Source of the DNA: Podospora anserina
Lineage: Eukaryota
Assembly: GCA_017654855.1 (NCBI GenBank)
Contig: CM030336.1
Location: 3,286,001-3,350,000, forward strand
Reading direction: 5' to 3'
Length of the DNA: 64,000 nucleotides
Every line of letters begins with the position of its first letter. Position 1 is the stretch's first letter. This document shows positions 59,101 through 64,000 of this stretch, piece after piece. Position numbers and translations under genes: made by a program. Under the pieces are notes generated by a model. The model ran no database searches and was not told the DNA's origin. It was given only the letters and a program-made list of their open reading frames with translations.

Positions 59101-62100
59101 GTAGGTCGCCCCTAACTAATTATTTAACAAATTAGAAAATAAATTAATTAAGGTTAAGTAAAAGTACTATAGCGCTAAGGCTCACGAATAGTTTATAAAA
59201 TATAAAATACTAAGGATAATTAGAGGTATAGTACGACGAGTATAATATAAATGTAATGTACTAGGAGTGATTAGAGGTATAGTATGACGAGTATAATGTA
59301 GGATATAATGTGCTAGGAGTAATCGGGCCTATAGTAGGGGGAGCACCTTACGGCCCTAAGGTCTATATATACGGAGGAACTGGCTAGTATAGATAGATAG
59401 TTCCGCAATATGTAATTTAAGCTTATATTTACGGTAGCTAGTATTTATATTAAGATATTTTATTGTGTACTGTTTAGCTGCACCGAACTAATTATTAAAA
59501 GTTACCTTCAACTAGTATCCCTTTCAGAGGTTCTGTATAGGGGTTCGTTATATATATATAATTAAAGGGAAAATATTATTAAAATATATTTTAAATTATA
59601 TAAAGGTTTTAAAAAAAAAATTAAGAAAATATTTAAAAAGTATAATAAAGGTAAATATATTTAAAACTAATTAATTAATTTTAAATAAATTCGATTTATT
59701 ATTAATTATATTACGGTATTTAGGATAAATATATTCCGTAATACGATTAACGATAAAGGGTTAATATAAGCGTTCTATAACGGGCTTAAGGAAAAAATTA
59801 AAGATAAACTATACCGAATAAAGCGACTAAAGACTACCGATAAATATATTATAATAATGATCCGTATTAATAATTAATATTATTAATATTATAAGGAGCG
59901 TAAGGGTATATGCGTATAGGGACCTTACTACTTTAATAATAAAAGGAAGAAACGGCTATACGGGACTTATATTTTAAAAACTATTTACGTAAGGCTTATA
60001 AAGGTCGATACTATTTAATAGTAAAAACTATAAAACTAAAGTAAAAATAACTTTAAGTATTTTAATTATAGTAAAGTAAAATACTTTAAAAAGAATTATA
60101 AAGTATTTAAATAATTTAAATAAAAAAAAAAGATTATAGTAATTACTATATTAAAAAAACTAAAAGTAATAAAGGTTATAGTTATTAAATATTAATAAAG
60201 TAAAGTAAAGAACTATTATCGGATATATATATGACAAAATATTAGATATATAAAAGACGGAAAATAAAAAGAAGCTAAGTAAGTATAATTAAAAGACTTT
60301 ATATTATTAAATAACCCAGAGTAAAAAAACGCTTTTAAACGATATAACCGTTTAGAAAACGATTTATAGCTTTTCGCGGAGGCCAGTAATTTTTAACGGA
60401 CTACGAATAGTATTTTTATAAGTATCGGCGTAAAATAAAAGTATAAAATAATAATCCGGTATTCGTTAGCGAAATCGTTACTATATAAAGAAAAAGTAAG
60501 AAAAATAAATACTTTTAGGTTATAACGTATTAGAAAAATATTTAAGCGGTAATATTAATAAATAGTAATACGGAAACGAATTTAATTTCGCTATAATTTA
60601 TATATTAGGTTCGTATATTATAAAAAAAAAGAAAAAATAGATCGTTATATAAGGATTATTTTTAATATAAAGAGTTTATAAAGAAATATTACCTTTAAAT
60701 ATTATAATCGAAAGAAAAATAATTTTAATTATATTTAATATTATAAATATAGGATCCTCGAAAAATATAATTTTAAGGTAATTATAGTATAAAAAATATA
60801 ATTTAAATATTAATTAAAAGGATAATAATTATTTACGATTAAAAAAGCTTTAAAAGTATTTAATTAATAATAAGAGATTAAGCGTACGTACGGAATAAAA
60901 TATAAAATAAATACCCTTTACGGTACTACCGTAAGGAGTTTAAAAAGTAATAGTATACTCTATTAATATAGATAGTAAGATCGAAAAAATAGGGTTAACG
61001 ACGTTACTAAAGATATCGGAGGTTAATAAATATATTTATTATAATAATATAGAGAAGGGTAAGAAAAAGGCAGTACTAATAGAATATCGAAGATACTTAG
61101 TTTTTACGGCTAAATATTTAAAGGGATTTTTAAAGCGAAGACCGTAGAATTACGAAATTAAGTTAAAAGAAGGAACTAAATTACGGCTATTTAAGGTCTA
61201 TTATACTAACGATAAATAAAATAAAGAATTACGGAAATATTTAAATAAAAGTTTAAAAAGAAAATATATTAAGGAATTTATATTATTAGTAAGATATTCC
61301 GTATTTTTCGTATTAAAGAAAAATAGTAGTTTATAATTATATATAGACTACTATTAATTAAATAATAAAATAGTAAAAAATAGTTACTCGTTACTATTAA
61401 TATTTAAATTATAGAGTTAATTAGTAGGGGCGCAATACTTTATACATTTAAATATATTTATCGGATATACTTATATACGGATTAAAGAAAAAAATAAATA
61501 AAAAATAACGATTTATATACCTTATAATTATTTTAAGTATCTCGTAATACTATTTAAACTAATTAATATATTTATAACGTTTTAATTTTTCGTTAATTAT
61601 ATAATTCGGAAGTACTTCGATAAAATAATAATATATTATTTCGATAACGTTTTTATTTATTTATATACTTTAAAGAAATATAAATCATACGTACGAAAGA
61701 TATTTAACGCGCTATATAGAACCAAACTTTTAATTAATAAAAAAAAAGCGAGTTCTATATATAAAAGATAATATATTTAAGATATTTAATATTATTAAGT
61801 AAAGTTCGTATAGAATTTAGGAAAATTATAGTAATTAAAGATTAGCTTACGCTATAATTATAAATATATATTAAAGAATTCTTAAAGTTTATAAATTTTT
61901 ATTAGATATTTATTTATAGGTACGTAAATATTACGCGGCTACTTATTTATTTAATTAAGAAGGACGTAGAGTTACGGTAGGAATAAAAAAAGGAGTAGGC
62001 TTTTTAAAAACTAAAAGAAGTTATTTTAAAGAATTTAGTATTTAAATTACTAGACTTTAATCGACTATTCGAGGTCGAAGTAAATATATTAGACTATATA

Positions 62101-64000
62101 ATTGGTAAATAATTAAAATAACGAAACGATAATAGAAAGCTATACTTAATAACTTTTTTTTTAAAGAAGTTAAAGGGAATATATTAAAATTATTTAATTT
62201 ATAATAAAAAATTATTTACTATTATTAAAGTATTTAAAGAATAGAGGTTATATTTTAATAATATTAAGTACGAAATATAGGTTTATACGGATTATAAAAA
62301 TCTATAGTACTTTATTATTACGAAGGTCCTTAACGTATAATAAATACGATAATTAAAGTTTCTTTCGGAATTTAATTTTTAGATTAATTATAAGAAAGGT
62401 TCGGAGAACGCTAAGGCAGACGTACTTAGCCGGCGAACCGACTATTATAAAGATATATCTAGAAAGTTATTACTATTATTTAAGGAAGCGCTAAACGGTA
62501 CTTTTAAATATTTATTATAGCCGTAAATAAAGTATTATATAGTATATCGTAAGAGGGCTACTTCTAATAAATACTAAAGGAAGTTAGGTAACGATATTAT
62601 AGAGTAATATTAATAGGAAAAGCTAGAGCTATAAAGTATTTAAAAAGATAATTAGGGAAGACTATAGTATAAGAATCGAGCATACGTAAAGCTAAGTAAT
62701 AGGACGGTACTAGTAATAAATATTTATAGGTCGAAGCTCGGAGGATATATAGGTATTATAAAGATTATAGAAAAGATTAAATAGTACTTTAATTAATTAA
62801 GGATTAAAAACGACGTTAAGGAAGCTATTTAGTTATACTATACGTACGAAAAAACAAAGGTTATAAAGTATAAGCTATATAGATTTCTGGAGCTACTATT
62901 AATAGTAAAATAATTATAAAGTTTAATTATAATAAACTTTATTATTAAATTATTAAAGTTTAATTATAATAAACTTTATTACTAAATTATTAAAGTTTAA
63001 AAATACGGTAACCGGCGTTAAGTATAATAATATATTAATAGTAGTTAATAAGCTTACTAAGTAAATATATTTTTTATTTTATAAAGAAATTTAGTCGGTA
63101 AAGTAATTAACGGACGTAGTATTATAGTATATTATAATAATATATATATAACTAAAGGAATTTATTACGGATCGCGATACTAAATTCGTATCGAAATTTT
63201 AAAGAACGTTAATAACGAAGCTAAGGATAGTAAGTAAAGCGTTATCGGCCTACTACCTTTAAACGGACGGTTAAACGGAACGGTTTAACTAAATTGTAAA
63301 ATAGTATTTACGGAATTATATTAATTTTAAGTAGGACGATTAAATTAAATTATTATTTATAGCGTAACTAATATATAATATATCGTTAATAAAAACCACT
63401 AAAGTTATATTTTTCTTCGCGAATTTCAGCTATAAAATAGATTTACGGTAAGGACCTACGGTTAAGGTACTTAGGGCTAGGGTTAAAATAAATAAAATAT
63501 ATATATTTTATAGTAAATTTAAGTAAAAATTAGAGCTTATAAAGGAAAAGATATAGAAATATTATAATATTAAAAGGCTCGAGGGACTTTGCTTTAAAGG
63601 AAGAAATATAATATTCCTTTCTATACGCAATTTACGTACTAAAAAATTTAATAAAGAACTAAACTATAGGAAAATAGGCCTATTTAAAGTTAAAAGAAGG
63701 ATCTTAAAAACTGTATTCAAATTAAAGCTACTTAGTATAATACGTCTACGGTTATATACCTTTTATATTTTACTTTTGGAACCCGTATTACTAGTAAATA
63801 AAATTAATATATAGGTAGTAGCGGAAGATAAAGAAGAAAAAAACGATTTAAAAGAAATATTAGATTTATAGTTTAATAAAAGTTAATTAAAGTATTTAAT
63901 TAATTAATTAAAATATTTAGCTATAAATAATTCGTAGGAACTAAAAATATATTTTAATTACCTAAATAAATAAAAGATATTCTACTAGTAATATTTAAAC

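Larger units (their letters stand above)
44721..59552 (+). mobile_element. Middle Ty3/Gypsy element (crapaud-like) with 494-bp type C LTRs 44721-45214 and 59059-59552, interrupted by the inner element
   Basis: Both LTRs are 494 bp with two U3 repeats. PPT AGGAAAAGGGG precedes the 3' LTR. 5-bp TSD TATAT. Confidence 0.88.
39380..64000. repeat. RIP-mutated AT-rich repeat island (probable heterochromatin, possibly pericentromeric)
   Basis: Extreme TpA excess and CpA/TpG depletion. Surviving C/G lie largely in CpG and CpC/GpG. Essentially no ORFs over 60 aa. Confidence 0.9.
43869..64000 (+). mobile_element. Outer Ty3/Gypsy element: type D 5' LTR 43869-44290, gag 44291-44720, resumes at 59553 and runs off the window
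   Basis: gag is interrupted at TATAT|LTR (44716-44720) and resumes after LTR|TATAT (59553-59557). RT motif TAT TTC GAT AAC near 61637 is a RIPed YFDD. Confidence 0.8.

Noticed and set aside
39380-64000. Calling the AT-rich block a centromere
   Set aside because: RIPed TE islands also occur on chromosome arms and subtelomeres; this needs CenH3 ChIP or chromosome context.
1-64000. Starship/Spok block, het/NLR-amyloid pair or secondary-metabolite cluster
   Set aside because: No tyrosine-recombinase captain, Spok, NACHT, prion-forming domain, PKS or NRPS sequence was recognised.

Overview
Filamentous-ascomycete genomic DNA, most likely Podospora anserina or a close relative: the 26195-27604 protein matches my recollection of the characterised P. 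anserina nitroalkane oxidase, and the repeats resemble the Podospora Ty3 element crapaud. Positions 1 to ~37.5 kb are gene-rich, with short GT-AG introns. They hold an extended-SDR reductase, two tandem GPI-anchored paralogues, a mitochondrial citrate carrier, Cbp6, Bsd2, PCMT/PIMT, an F-box-like protein, a PTR2 transporter, a 1381-aa coiled-coil protein, nitroalkane oxidase, a secreted Pro/Gly/Arg repeat precursor and a PTH11-like membrane protein. There are also three decayed genes (GH5, HeLo-like, F-box) and a Tc1 relic nested in a hAT-like MITE. From ~37.9 kb to the end is a transposon island, heavily RIP-mutated from ~39.4 kb. It contains pogo/Fot1 fragments, solo LTRs and three Ty3/Gypsy chromoviruses nested in one another's gag. 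The most notable observations are: (1) four unrelated U3 modules, each a different array of short motifs, attached to one conserved TATA-R-U5 LTR half; (2) the triple nesting, resolved by target-site duplications and LTR length; (3) a putative Kex2/Ste13-processed Pro-Arg peptide precursor; (4) a stop-free 66-nt intron whose retention would add a hydrophobic segment; (5) an in-frame N-terminal extension of PCMT. All calls come from reading the sequence by eye. No searches were run, and coordinates in RIPed DNA may be off by a few bases.
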